Origin: Auanema rhodensis
Lineage: Eukaryota > Animalia > Nematoda
Assembly: GCA_964057225.1 (NCBI GenBank)
Contig: OZ059894.1
Location: 16,864,001-16,928,000, forward strand
Direction: 5' to 3'
DNA: 64,000 nt
Below the pieces are notes generated by a model, which had not been told where the DNA came from, ran no database searches, and was given only the letters and a program-made list of their open reading frames with translations. The position numbers were made by a program, and so were the translations under genes. Of the stretch, positions 1-12,161 are shown piece after piece. The first letter of the stretch is position 1; each line of letters opens with the position of its first letter.

Positions 1-630
1 GCACTTGGTTGTTGAGGTGGGGGATTCGGTTGTGGTAAAGTTTTTGTTATTTCCGAAAACCAAGATCGAAAAAAAAAACTCATCAAATAAAAGAAAATGG
101 TATGAAACTTACTCAATATCGGAATCTGATGAAAATAAGATCCAATAAACAGTTTCTGCTCTTGGATCAGTACCTATGCCAACCAAATGATGAACAGAGG
201 AACCATGTGGTAAACTAGGTCGTTTAACTAGAAAATAACTACATTATCACAGAATGGCTGATAAAAAAATAAATAATTTGTATTTAATGTATATTACCTG
301 GCATCCTATCGGTCATTAGTCCAACACAAATGTAAGGTACAACATCCTTTAGTAAAACTGATCCCTTGGGTTTACTACTACCCTAAGAATAAAAACTCAT
401 TAGGAATATTATAATCAAACTAATTTTATTCTCATGAGAGAATTCAAAGAAATAGAAAATAAATTTTAAAAAAAATATATATATAATAAAATTCTTACCT
501 TTTCATCATACCAACAGAAGCGACTGTCAGAAAAAAGAACACCATGATATTTTTTCCATTTACTTGTTAGTCCAAGAAATCCACTCGTATATTTTAAAAT
601 TTCTCCTTCTTTCAATTTTCGAATATCCAT
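1..630 (-). CDS. PH-domain protein, 5' portion (continues beyond the left edge of the window)
   Basis: Spliced exons ~499-630, 298-383, 113-229 and 1-67 read MDIRKLKEGEILKYTSGFLGLTSKWKKYHGVLFSDSRFCWYDEK/GSSKPKGSVLLKDVVPYICVG.../...VYWILFSSDSDIE/SWFSEITKTLPQPNPPPQQPS. This has the PH pattern (KEG-L-K...WKK...VL...Y; C-terminal helix with W) followed by a Pro-rich tail. A TTTTCAG acceptor lies 2 nt before the ATG. Confidence 0.8.
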
Positions 631-2408
631 TGCTGAAAAGAATTCATAATAATAATAATGAAATTTTGATAAAGAACTATTCTGAATTGGATGATATAAA
701 CTAACATATTCTACGATACAATCATTATTGTGAAACTACTAACATTCAATAACTTCATGATATATCGCATCGAAAATATAATTTTATATTGCAAAACAAA
801 AAAATTTGCATTTGATTTCGATTCAAAACTAGAAAAACGATGGGATTTTTCATGGTACATAAAGCAATAAATATGAACTATAACATTTGATAAAAAAATT
901 TAAAAACACAAAACTTGAAAACAAAGTTCAATACTGAAAGCCAACCCATTTAGAACAGAAGTGAAGCTGAGGTATTTCATTATCAAAAATTAAATAGTTT
1001 CCGTTTTATCATATAGAATAATAACCTCAGCTTCACGTCATAGAATTTATAAATAACGTAAAACAGCACGTTGAATAGTGAGTAAGTGTACAAAAATAGA
1101 ACAAAATTGCACAAGTTTCAATATAATTATACATAGAACGTTATTCTAGATGAAGAAATCGATGTGACTCATGGGGCATGTAGAGAATTTGTGAGAGAGA
1201 AGAAGAGAAGAGAACAATAACACGTGATGTCAAAGCAATTGACACGTGATCAGTGAATGGATATACATATGTGTTCACTAGGCATAGGATTCTCCTATCC
1301 TCGATATACCCACCGGCTATATTAACTGCAGGTCCACAACCACAAAGCATTGCCTTATTTGATTAACTTTGTAACAAGTTAAGTTACGGAGGAAGCAGAA
1401 AGTAAAGCAGTTGCAACAGACGAAGTAGGTAAGCTTACTACAATTGGAGTCTAGATTTGTGGGTTGCCCAGCAACTCCAACACTTGCACATGTTTTGCTC
1501 TTTGCTTTTTTTGTTATTAGAGGAATAGTTAGAGTAGTTTAAAATCTATTGTATTATACTTGATCTTTATTCACTTTAACGGTAGATGTTTGTTACCATT
1601 GTTAAACAGTTAGTATTGACAGAGAGAACTTTTCGCGTTACAAGTGATGGACTCGATTGTTCGATAACTTAGATCATATTGAATGAAAAAAAGCTATTCT
1701 TCATTCTTTTTATAACTTTTCAAGCTTGAATAGCATGAAATATACAGGGAAATGTGGTAAAAAAACATAATTATATAATCATATAGTTAATTCTAGTTAG
1801 ATTATATCAAAATATTAAAATATAATAGCACGTGTTATAGTCGTCAGGGAAGAAGAAATCGATGAAACACATTGTGTAGGGGAAGGATGGTGTTGGTCTA
1901 GTAGTGAGGAGGGCTTGACAACAGAGAAAGAGAGCAAAAACATATAAACAGGGAAAACGGCACATTGGTTTCCATCTGGCTTCTTGCACCCAAGACTTTG
2001 AAACCTGATCTGCTTTGTTCGAATTCTTGCATAAAATGACGGAAAATGACCTTCATGAATGAGAAAATTTCTACCTCAGTGGCAGAGATAGGTATAAGGT
2101 AATCCTACTAATATCATGGAATATAATTATACAATCCTGTTTCTTTTTTTTATATAATTTCATGAGAGGAAGTGTTTATTGTTGTTGAAAAAAAAATGTT
2201 TAAATGTCCAAATAAAGGCAATTTTACAACAAACTTCATTCAAGTTTCACAAATTTGTTAGGAATGGATGCTAAGGTAAAATGTGATACGATTATATCAT
2301 CATTGCATAAGTATGAGGAATTTTAAATACATATATTGAGAGAAACGAGGAGAGATATGTATATTTGCAGAGTAAATTGTATTTATAAGATTATCGTAGA
2401 GCAATATA

Positions 2409-3201
2409 TCAATTTGTTTCTTTGAAATGTACTGTTCGGGTGTTTCCTAAGAGATTTTTCAAAGCTTTGTTCTTTTCATCCAAAAACCTATGATACAAAA
2501 CCATAAGAACTAGATTTGTGCTGAAAACGTTTTTCTATAAATTAAGGAAAATGATAAACGAACGCTGCGAAAATCGCAAAAAACAGTGTAATTCCCATGG
2601 ATATCCACATCATCTTGGCACCAGTAATGCTTAATAATGTAATTGCAAAAGTCATAAGAACATAGAAGCCAGCATGAATAATAAGGACAACCAATTGAGG
2701 AATTATTAGACAAGTTTTTGTTATCTGAAATTTTGGAAAATTAGTAATATAGATGGTGTGGAAGTATACTTGAACTCCAAAAATAGTCATAATTATAGAT
2801 GCTAGATGCACAAAATGAAATATACACCATGCTGATACTGATAGCCGATAGCTTAGCCAATATGTTTTTGGATTAGATCTCCTCAGATACTTTAAGAAAC
2901 ATATTTAGAGGGTATGCGTATAAAATAAATAAAGTTTTACCGTTAAAAATTGTCTATAAACAACGAAACTCTCATGCCAATCTATATAAATTAGAAGGAA
3001 TACTCCTAATGATATCCCTAATATACATATCAACATGCTTAGAGTACAATGAATATAGATCCATGTCTGAAATCATAGAACGCAGTGCAAGCTTTGTGGT
3101 AAAATCACTTAGAGCATGCAATGACTTACCTGTATATGCAATTTACAGTAACGATGAGATTTTTCTGTTTCAATTATGTTAGAAAAGGTTGGTTGAAACA
3201 T
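2409..3201 (-). CDS. Small four-transmembrane protein, family uncertain (5 exons)
   Basis: Exons join in frame: MFQPTFSNIIETEKSHRYCKLHIQ/TWIYIHCTLSMLICILGISLGVFLLIYIDW.../YLRRSNPK...WCIFHFVHLASIIMTIFGVQ/ITKTCLIIPQLVVLIIHAGFYVLMTFAITLLS...FFAIFA/ATNLVLMVLYHRFLDEKNKALKNLLGNTRTVHFKETN*. Four hydrophobic segments; canonical short GT-AG introns. Confidence 0.7.
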
Positions 3202-3851
3202 TATATATATGTAATTAAATTAAAACACAGTAAAGGTGTTTAGGATCTTAGAATACTTAGAGAACGAATATATGTAACAAAGGTATTAACCGAGCAATAA
3301 GATGTGACAGCTAACAGCTGACTTCTTTGAAGGCAATTGCATTTCTATTCAATATATCTTCTTATACATGATAGTATAAAAATTGCTTGATAATATAATT
3401 GGAATAATTCACTCAAACTTTGTGTGTGGAAGAGTCAATAACCTTGCGGCTTCATAAGTAGGCATAGTTTTAACTTAAAATTTGTGATGGCAATTCATAT
3501 AAATTAAAGAAACGCGTATCACAACTGATGATGAGCAAATAAGTCGACATTTTTTCTCAAACACAACATATTTCACTTTTTACCGTGATAAACAGATCAG
3601 AACTACTATTTAGGAGTTTCTTATGATTCTTTATTATATTATTTGAATATGTTAACGGCAGTACAAAAGAAAAATTGAAACAACGGTTCCTAAAAATGTA
3701 CAAAATATTTTGCTTCTCCAGTTTGTGCGTGACAGCAACATTAAGTAGAATATCTCTTAAAATTTTCTTGATGCTCCTATACAATCTGAATTAACTTTTT
3801 AAACATATTTCTAAAGATGGTGTGAGCACAATACGTAATTGCGTATTTCCC

Positions 3852-3871
3852 TGAATATTCCCGAAATTTCA
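3852..3871. promoter_or_regulatory. Heat shock element (HSF-1 site) upstream of ahsa-1
   Basis: tGAAtaTTCccGAAatTTCa gives four perfect alternating nGAAn units, ~70-90 bp upstream of the ATG of an Hsp90 co-chaperone. Confidence 0.85.
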
Positions 3872-3942
3872 AGAGAACAACCATCCATTTTCACTGGGCT
3901 TTCTGATTAGCACAGTTGCAACTGTTTTAATTTGGATTAGAC

Positions 3943-5404
3943 ATGGCTAAATGGGGAGAAGGAGATCCAAGATGGATTGTTGAAGAGCGTGCTGATGCAA
4001 CAAACGTAAATAACTGGCACTGGTGAGTATTGTATTGTTAAGCTTTAATTTTTTTTTATTCAGGACTGAGAAAAATGCAACTGGATGGTCCAAGAACCGT
4101 TTGAAAGAGCTGCTTGAGAATTTTTCTTTTGAGGTATATATTATTTTCATAATAGTTAGTTAGTTTTTTTTTTTATTTTAGGAAGGTCCCATAGTAGTCA
4201 CCCTTGGCGAGATTACTAAATGTGAAGGAGAGGCAACTGCTAACAATAGAAAAGCAAAATTAATCTTTCTCTTTGAGTGGGAATTGAAAATTGATTTTGT
4301 TTGTATGTTTAGAAAACATTTCTAAAAATAATTGCTCTGTTTAAGGCAATGTAAGTGGATCTGAAACCACTTACAAAGGGTACGCCGAAATTCCCAACCT
4401 TGGTGATGAGAATGAAGCTCATGAAGTTGATGTGAGTGTATACTTATATTAATATTCTTGAATATCACTTTTAGGTAAACTATACTATTACAACCAAGGG
4501 AGTCCACGATGCTCAAATTAGACTAGTTCTTAATAAAGTTGGAATCCCTAAGATTCAGCAACAATTAGGAGAATATATCAGAGGATTAAAAGAGGAATTC
4601 AGTAAGGGAATTATTCTTCCTACCGATAAGATTAAGCCCCAGGTATATTAGTTTATTGTTTTAATTTAAATTATATTCAAATAGGTCGTCACCAAGGGAA
4701 AAACTTCCTCTTCTGTCGACAAGAAATCTTTCCAAAATACTGTAGTTGTTGAGAAGAAAGAAGAAAAATCAAGTAAGCCATCAGTTAATTTCGTATCATA
4801 TTTTTTTTAGATGAAATTTTCGATGTGAAAAATGTTACCGTTTGTGATTCTTTCAAGATTCCTCCTGAGCGTTTGTATGAGTGTTTAAGTCAGGCTGATG
4901 TACGTCTTATATTTACTGAATGAGTTATAAACCTTCGTTTTAGCTAGTCAGAGTCTGGGCCAATGGCAATATAGATTGGGATTTTAAAGAAGGAGGAAAA
5001 TTCGCATTGTTTGGTGGAAATGTCACTGGTTCATTTTTGAAAATTGTACATTATTTAAAAGTAGAGCAAATATAATTTTGTCACTTTCAGGAGACAAATA
5101 AGCTTATTGATGTACAATGGCGCTTGAAGTCTTATCCTTCCGGTCACTATGCTAATATTAAGTTCCAACTGCAAGATGAGGTTTCATACTATCGAATACT
5201 TGCTGTGTTTATGTTGATTTCTTTCAGGGCGATGCTACTGCTCTTACATTGTTAGCTACAGGAGTGCCCTCACATCTTTCCGATGATACCGAAATGGGAC
5301 TACAAAGGTGTGTTCAAAATAGTTATCTGACTTATATTTTTTTTTCCAGGTACTACTTGCAAAGTATCTCGAGATCGTTTGGTTTTGGCGCAAGAATTTG
5401 CTAG
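3943..5404 (+). CDS. ahsa-1: Activator of Hsp90 ATPase (Aha1/AHSA1)
   Basis: Diagnostic N-terminus MAKWGEGDPRWIVEERADATNVNNWHWTEKNATGWSKNRL, then EGEATANNRKAKLIFLFEW and the START-like C-terminal domain GGKFALFGGNVTG...WRLKSYPSGHYA. Ends FGFGARIC* at TAG 5402-5404. Confidence 0.97.
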
Positions 5405-5903
5405 TTCAATAAACCTATTTTTAAGAAAAAGTTTGTTTTTCATTCTCGATAATCCTAGTTTTTCAATTCATTTTGTTGTATTTTTTGGCTTTTTTGAAAG
5501 GATCTGCTTTCTCCTAAGCCGAATTATAATTGTTTTTCTCCTCTGTTATACTGTTCTCAATATAAAATTTGATCTGTTAAATGAATGACCATTTTAAATT
5601 TTTATTCGATAATAAACATCATTCCTCATTTTGTTCATTGCTATGAAGCTAGAGGTCAGGGCTTGCTGTCATGCACGCTTTTTACAAGCGTCAACCCAAT
5701 ATGTTCGGAATGAAGTATTCGCTACTCAAGCTTATTTCTGATCAGCTGATTTCTCATTGGTTCTCGAATAGCTTTGATTTAATTTTAATTGTATGATGAA
5801 CGAAATTATGTTTCATTCTACACTTATCGATTTACTTGTTTTAACGTCGTCTTTCCTAAGTATGGAATTTAGAAAATTGTTTCAGTTTTTTTAATAGAGC
5901 TGT

Positions 5904-8416
5904 ATGAGGGCGAATAGTGCTTCCTCATTCGGCTCAGCTTCTTCGTTCAGATTAGATGATGATGGTACGAGGTCACCTCCTCCTGAACCAGAAGGTTTGC
6001 CTGACTATAAAATTCATCTAACCAAGTATGGTAAAAGCTTCTCCACTAAGCTAATTCAGGTAATACGGCTTGCTTACTATTTTTCATAGCTGTACTCGGC
6101 ATATTATGTGCACTTGTTGTCATGCAAGCATTTTATAGATATTAGTACAATCCCGTACCACTGACAGGTTTCCTCACAATTGTACCGATTATGTTGATGG
6201 TCAAGTTCATTGGTTTAATTTGCAACTTGATGAACTAGGCGAAGTAACTGCATTTATGAAGAGTTTGAAAATTGAGTGAGTTGAAGATACTTATAATCAA
6301 TCAATTTAATGAAATCATTTAGAAAATTTCCTCCTGCCGCTCCGCAATTGTCTATCGATTTCTTTCTTTATACTTGTGATCACGAGACGTTACCACTCGA
6401 AACATGGTATTGGTTATTAAAAAAAAATTCGTAATATTTCAATTTCAGGACATTTCATGTGGATGAAAATGATAGAAAAGACTTACCATCGTTATCTCCA
6501 AAAGAACATCAATCTATTTTTTATCATCAGCTGAGTACACTTCTCAGAAGTGCAATGGTTGCTGCTAGAATGACCCCCCTTCACAGGTTTCTTATATAAT
6601 ATTTTAATACAGCACCACTAATTGATTTTTAGATATTATGTGAAAAAACAAAGTGCTGAATCATTTGTCATTTTGTATAGAATAACTAATGGTCCTTCTA
6701 CTATCGATATTGGAAAAGAAGCTAAACGATTCCGGGTTGGAAGTTTACCAACTTACTTGGGATCATGGAAACTCGATGTTGCGTATCGGTAAACATCTCA
6801 AATATTTTACTTTGTATAAATCAAATGTATTTTCAGAACACGAATGGAAATCGAGCCGTCTAGTAGTCATGTTTTGGATGGCACGGAGTCTTTTCAAAGA
6901 GTATGTTGGAAAAAAATAGGCCCTTTTACTTGACAATTTTAAGATTGGTTCTCCTGGAAGTACTCCTGATTCTTTTAAAATGCAGATTGGTTCTCCATCA
7001 TCATTTGGTGGTATTAGTCATTTCAGCACTAGTCCTGTAAGTTAATACTTTTTACATATATTACATTGTACTTTCTCAATTTAGTCCATGAGTTCTCCTA
7101 CCGATTTCTCCCCTCTTCATGATAATTTTATACAATCCAGAATTCAATCATCATGTACTGCTATCAAACCTGCAAGGTTGTATAATTGCATTACTAATAA
7201 TGAGTAATTATTTGGTTTTAGATCAAGATCGACTTCCTTAGTTAGTGATTTAGAAGACGTTGCAGTTGGAAGCCCAAAAGAGGTTTATCACAGTGTGGTG
7301 AGCTTATTTTATTGTTTTTTCTATATGCAATTATGTTTAAAGTCTCTACCAAAAGGAATGCCTTTTGCGAACTTGTTAGTTCTGTCTTATTCCGGTGCAC
7401 TTTTTCCTCTTATAGAAGGAAATTCCGAACATGGTTTGTATTTTAATGCATAGGCACCCCAAAATGCAATTTTTTAGATGATGACAATTCCACTGTTCTA
7501 AATGTTTCAAATACTACTGTTATGGCTCAGTCTTCTAGGGCTGATAATGAGTTGGAGAATTCAATCGAAGAAAGAAGTCGTAAGAATACAATAAGTATGT
7601 AAATCTGGTTTCTATGAAACATAGCCAACTTTTGCAGTTGAAATCAAGCGACCGAAAGATCTTTATCTTAAAAACTGCCATAAACCCAAAATGGAAGAAG
7701 ACGATGAAGAAGACACTTGTGTCACTCCTCGACCATCTTGCAAATCAGATGATGATTTAACTCCACAAGAGGAAGTGTCTTTGTCACCTCTTGGAATCTC
7801 GGAAGACAAAGCAGTTCCTGTTAATTCAGGCTCGAATTTAACGGATATGAGTATGAGCACACCCAAAAATGGTAGCCCTCTGAAAGGAATATCTCCAATG
7901 TTATGTCAAGATGTTATTTTTAAAATGGGGTCTTCTTCTTGTATGAAAACTTCGGAGGATTCTGAAGAACTCAGTAATGTATTAGCCGGTGCAAGCAAAG
8001 TTAAAGCGGAGATAAACTCGGACTCCTGTGAAAAAAGAGATAATGCTGCTGATGTTAGCTCTTCTTCAAATCGTGATGATACATTGGACGGAGATGGTTC
8101 TTTTGTTAAGGTTAATTTTGCTTGTGTAATATAAAGTGGATATTTTTTTTTCAGATCCCTGCATTCCAGAATGCTCAAAACCAATCAGATGAAGGTAATG
8201 AATTGGCTGCTCTGTTATCCCACTGTAAAGAAGCTCCTATTCTTTCTTCATTTAGTACTATTGATATAACTAAAATAAATGAAGAGGTATTTGTTTTAGA
8301 ATTTAACATTTCTACAAACTTCATTTTTTTAGCTTGAAGCTCTTTCCCTCAAGCAAGGTTTGTTCGATCAATTCATTTCTGAGATACGGGAAGCTGCTTT
8401 GGAAGAAGAATATTAA
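5904..8416 (+). CDS. atg-13: Autophagy protein ATG13 (EPG-1): N-terminal HORMA domain plus long disordered Ser-rich tail
   Basis: Spliced translation has KLIQILVQSR...WFNLQLDELGEVT...LPLETW...LSTLLRSAMVAARMTPLHRYYVKKQSAESFVILYRI, matching the ATG13 HORMA pattern (IVQAR/WFNL/LEIW/LLKSL...RVTPAYRL...YVILYRI). Acidic, Ser-rich C-terminal region; stop TAA 8414-8416. Confidence 0.88.
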
Positions 8417-8681
8417 TCTGTACATATTTGTTATTTTTCTACTTCTAAGCTTTTTAGCTTTTAAAAAGAGATTATTAGGTTTTACCGTAACTTGTACCTA
8501 TGTATATATTTTTCGAGGCTCATCACCTTGGTCTAGTTGCTTTGCCTGTTCACTTCTTAATTTTTAAATAATGAATATGGGTATTTTACTGTTCAAGGTA
8601 CCTACATGTGTTTCTCGCTATATATTTCAAATCTTTTTTTTTCATTCGTCATTGTAAGTTGTCTGCTCAAATTTTCAGATA

Positions 8682-10113
8682 ATGAATCGTTTTCGTATAT
8701 TAAGCCGTTTTGCTTCACAGTTTGCAGGTGCCAGTGAAAAAGCAAAATATGTTCCTAGACGATCACTGCTCTATGTACCTGCAAGTAATCAGAAAATGCT
8801 TGACAAACTCCCTCACTTGCAAGTTAGTTCAAACGACGGGGAATAAAATTCCGAGAACATAAAATACTTCAAGTTAATTTGTTTCTAACACTAAACTCAG
8901 AAGCATTTAATTAGTCTTGACAAAGATTTTGATTTTTTATAAATTTTAGTCGGAGAATCTAAGAGGTTATAGGCGGATTCAGTTGTAATTGAACTCGAAG
9001 ATGGTGTAGCATTGACTGCCAAACAGAAAGCTAGAGAAAACGCTGTAATAGCATTAGATAAGTATCATGGACAAGTATTATCGGCTTTTGAATTAGGCCT
9101 CCGTGTGAATTCTGTTTCCAGCGGGCTATTAGATGAGGATGTCAAGGTTTTTGAATTTGAGTTCCAATGAGAGTTGACACAAATTTAAGATCTTGTCCAC
9201 TGCTTCATCTTTACCCCAAGCATTTATGATACCAAAAGTTGATTGCCCCGAAGATTTAGCCACTATTTACGATATTTTTAAAACTCATTATGGGACAGAA
9301 AGAATTCACAATACAGTGAGACAATTAATACTTTTATATAAATAAAAAAGTTAACTTAGAATACCAGACTTGTTATTTGGATTGAATCTGCAAGAGCTAT
9401 GCTAGATATGCCGCGTATATTGTCTTCAGCATTAAACCTTTTCCGAAATTCTGGATTCTTTAAATTGGACGGAGTTGTATTTGGTTCCGATGATTATTGC
9501 GCTGATATAGGTTTTTTATATTGAAATGAAGCCAACCTAATTATCTGGATTCAGGAGCCACCCGAACTGCTGAAGGAAAAGAAGTGCAGTGGGCACGACA
9601 GAAATTCGTAGCTTGCTGTAAAGCATTCCAACTTCAAGCAATAGATAGGTCGTATCTATAGTACTTGTTCAGCAATATTATTCCGATTTTAGTGTTTACA
9701 TTGATATAAAAGATTTAGAAGGACTTAAACATTATTCTGAAGAAGGTTTGATCACTCTATAATAAGGTTAAACTTGATAACTCCAGGCAGAGCGTGGGGA
9801 TTCACCGGAAAACAAACAATTCACCCTAGTCAGGTTACTGTACCATACCGTCTGCTTTGAAATATGCTTATTTTAAGATCGAGGTTGTCAACAACGCCTT
9901 CATGCCACCTGCTGAGAGAGTAGAATGGGCTACAGAGTTGGTTCATGCTTTCAGCCAACATCAGCAAGAAGGAAAGGGAGCGTTTCAGGTATCTTAACGT
10001 TTTTTATGAAAGTGGAAAACATCTTTTCTTAGTTCCGTGGCCAGATGATAGATCGGCCATTGCTCCTTCAAGCTCTAAATATAATTCAACTAGTCGAAAA
10101 AGTGTCAAAGTGA
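8682..10113 (+). CDS. CLYBL: Citrate lyase subunit beta-like / citramalyl-CoA lyase (CLYBL), mitochondrial
   Basis: Arg-rich presequence MNRFRILSRFASQF, then YVPRRSLLYVPASNQKMLDK, LEDGVA, GLRVNSVSSGL, FMIPKVD, VIWIESA, FGSDDYCADIGA, QAIDSVYIDIKDLEGL, GFTGKQTIHPSQI and GKGAFQFRGQMIDRPLL (HpcH/HpaI-CitE family motifs). Confidence 0.95.
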
Positions 10114-10412
10114 GCTGTCACTGAAGAGTTAGTACACGATAAAAACTACGTATTTAGTCAGTATTATTGATATATAAATAAAGATGTAATACATTTGAGG
10201 AAAAAAACGAAAAACTTCGATTCAAGTAATACAGTAACAAAGTAGATTAAAAAAAACAAAAGAGTAAAAGTTTTAAATCATGGAAATAAAAAACAAAGTA
10301 AAATGATGGCGGGTTAGACCAACCTAACATTTCTATAATGAGGTATGTAATGAAATTCTTAATGGTTTGACGCCACGTGAATGTGACATCATTCTTTACC
10401 ATTTTTCTATTG

Positions 10413-11133
10413 ATGTTGGTTGTATTATCTACAGTATGCTTTATTCTAAGCGGAATATTTCTTTGTGTTAAGCACAACATTGGGAAAAGTGAGTTTTTCG
10501 TTAAAAAAGGTTATTTCCAATTAAAAGCTGACGAAGTATTCAGGTAAGTGCTCGACTTTATCAACAAGCTCTTTGCTGTCACCATCTGATATTTCGGAAA
10601 ATCTAGGTCCTACTAACAACGCTAATAAAAGCCCATCTGATTTGGAGTCTTCAAGTCTAACTAATTCACAAATTAAATTCTTTGGAAACAAACAGTTCTC
10701 CAACATTAATGTCGCTTTAAACGAATCATTAAGTGTTAGAAAAGTGTTCACTGATGAAGGTATCTGAACAAATGTTACGGTTGTGGAGTTTTCATATACA
10801 GATGCTTCAAATATTCCGGCAGTTGATCCAACTCAACTAAGTTCTGGAACAATTAAAATGCTTCAAGAAATCCCAGTACCCAAAGGTAAATCATATCCAC
10901 GTTATAATGTGCTTATTCAAACGTTCAGACAAGAGTGGTGCATTAAAGATAGCAGAAGATTTAGATGAACAGGGGGTATGTGAATATCGGGAGAAGTTCA
11001 AATAATATTTTAAATGTTATAGGTAGAAACGGATGATACTTTATTTGATGTGGCATCTCTCAAAACAGATCCTCCTACTCCCACACAACATGGATATATT
11101 GAAACTGATTTCCGAACTCCAATTGCACAGTAA
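10413..11133 (+). CDS. Hypothetical protein with N-terminal hydrophobic anchor and low-complexity Ser/Asp-rich body
   Basis: Five exons in frame: MLVVLSTVCFILSGIFLCVKHNIGK/SKCSTLSTSSLLSPSDISENL...VFTDE/DASNIPAVDPTQLSSG...VPK/DKSGALKIAEDLDEQG/VETDDTLFDVASLKTDPPTPTQHGYIETDFRTPIAQ*. Canonical splice sites. The start codon is uncertain. Confidence 0.65.
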
Positions 11134-12108
11134 AACAATAAAAAAAATAATTTCTCTGCTAACTTATTCAAAATAAGATATAAAAAGCAAACAATATTGC
11201 TTTAGAGTATTTATTATACGGCATATGGGGAAATATTATCTATTTCTCGAAATGGTTAAGCAGAGTTTAAATGTCTTTACACATGGTTAATTATTTGATA
11301 AGACATTCTGGGTAAATGAATAATTGTTATATGATTTTGGTTTATGCAATACGATCGAAAAACCATAAAAACAGTTATTTATACATTTTCTCTGCGTATT
11401 CATAAACCAACCAAATGGTCTGTCTCCGATGAAATTAAAACCACGGTATTGTGGTTTGTAACATTTTAAAGAGACAAGGGATACTGTAATATGACTTCGT
11501 ACTTTAAACAGATGATGAGAGGCTTGGTTAGCTATAACTGATATGCTTACCAAATTTCAAAGATAAGATTATTTTACGACTATGCAAAACTATATTCAGT
11601 ATATGTAATTGAATGGTAAACATATAATAGTTATTGGTGATACAAGTGAAATAGTGAAAACAATATTTTAAGTTAAACTGATTATCAGAAAAAAGTAGAA
11701 ATCTTCTGTATTAATACAATGTTTTTTTTATTGAGATAGATGTTAGTACTCACAGAAACAATTAAAATAAATAAATATATTTATGATTAGCCAGCTATAA
11801 GTTACAACAAAGAATTATAATTATTTGCTTTGATTGTTACATTATATAATGGAGCTTTTGAGTTATAGCATATAGAATACTGTATGTTAAATAACACAAT
11901 TACTTAACAGATGAAGAGGTGTTAATTTATATTTAGAAAAATAAATAAATTACAGAAGAAAAACGATGAAGATATTATGAACTTTGAAATGAATATCCAA
12001 ACTTCTTGCTCAATACTTATTCCTGACTCATCCGAGCAAGTCTAAACCATCATTGTTCTAATGCTCTCCGCTGATATTATTGCATGGGGTGATAGTCAGC
12101 ATAGTTAC

Positions 12109-12161
12109 CTTATCAATTCAAATTATATTGAATTCTGCTTATAAAAGGTCGGAAATGATAA
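12109..12161 (+). promoter_or_regulatory. GATA sites (CTTATCA, TGATAA) flanking a TATA box upstream of the ML-domain gene
   Basis: CTTATCA ~12109, TATAAAAG ~12140 and TGATAA ~12156; more GATAA sites in intron 3 (~12868-12916). This is typical of intestinal ELT-type promoters. Confidence 0.5.

Noticed and set aside
968-974. TGAGGTA let-7-like start inside the inverted repeat
   Set aside because: It lacks the eighth seed base (G) and the rest of any let-7-family sequence.
7663-8184. Minus-strand ORFs overlapping atg-13
   Set aside because: They are antisense shadows of the long Ser-rich atg-13 exon.
8823-8970. Unusually long first intron of CLYBL as a possible snoRNA host
   Set aside because: No properly placed C/D boxes or clear H/ACA double hairpin seen by eye. 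An Infernal scan would be needed.
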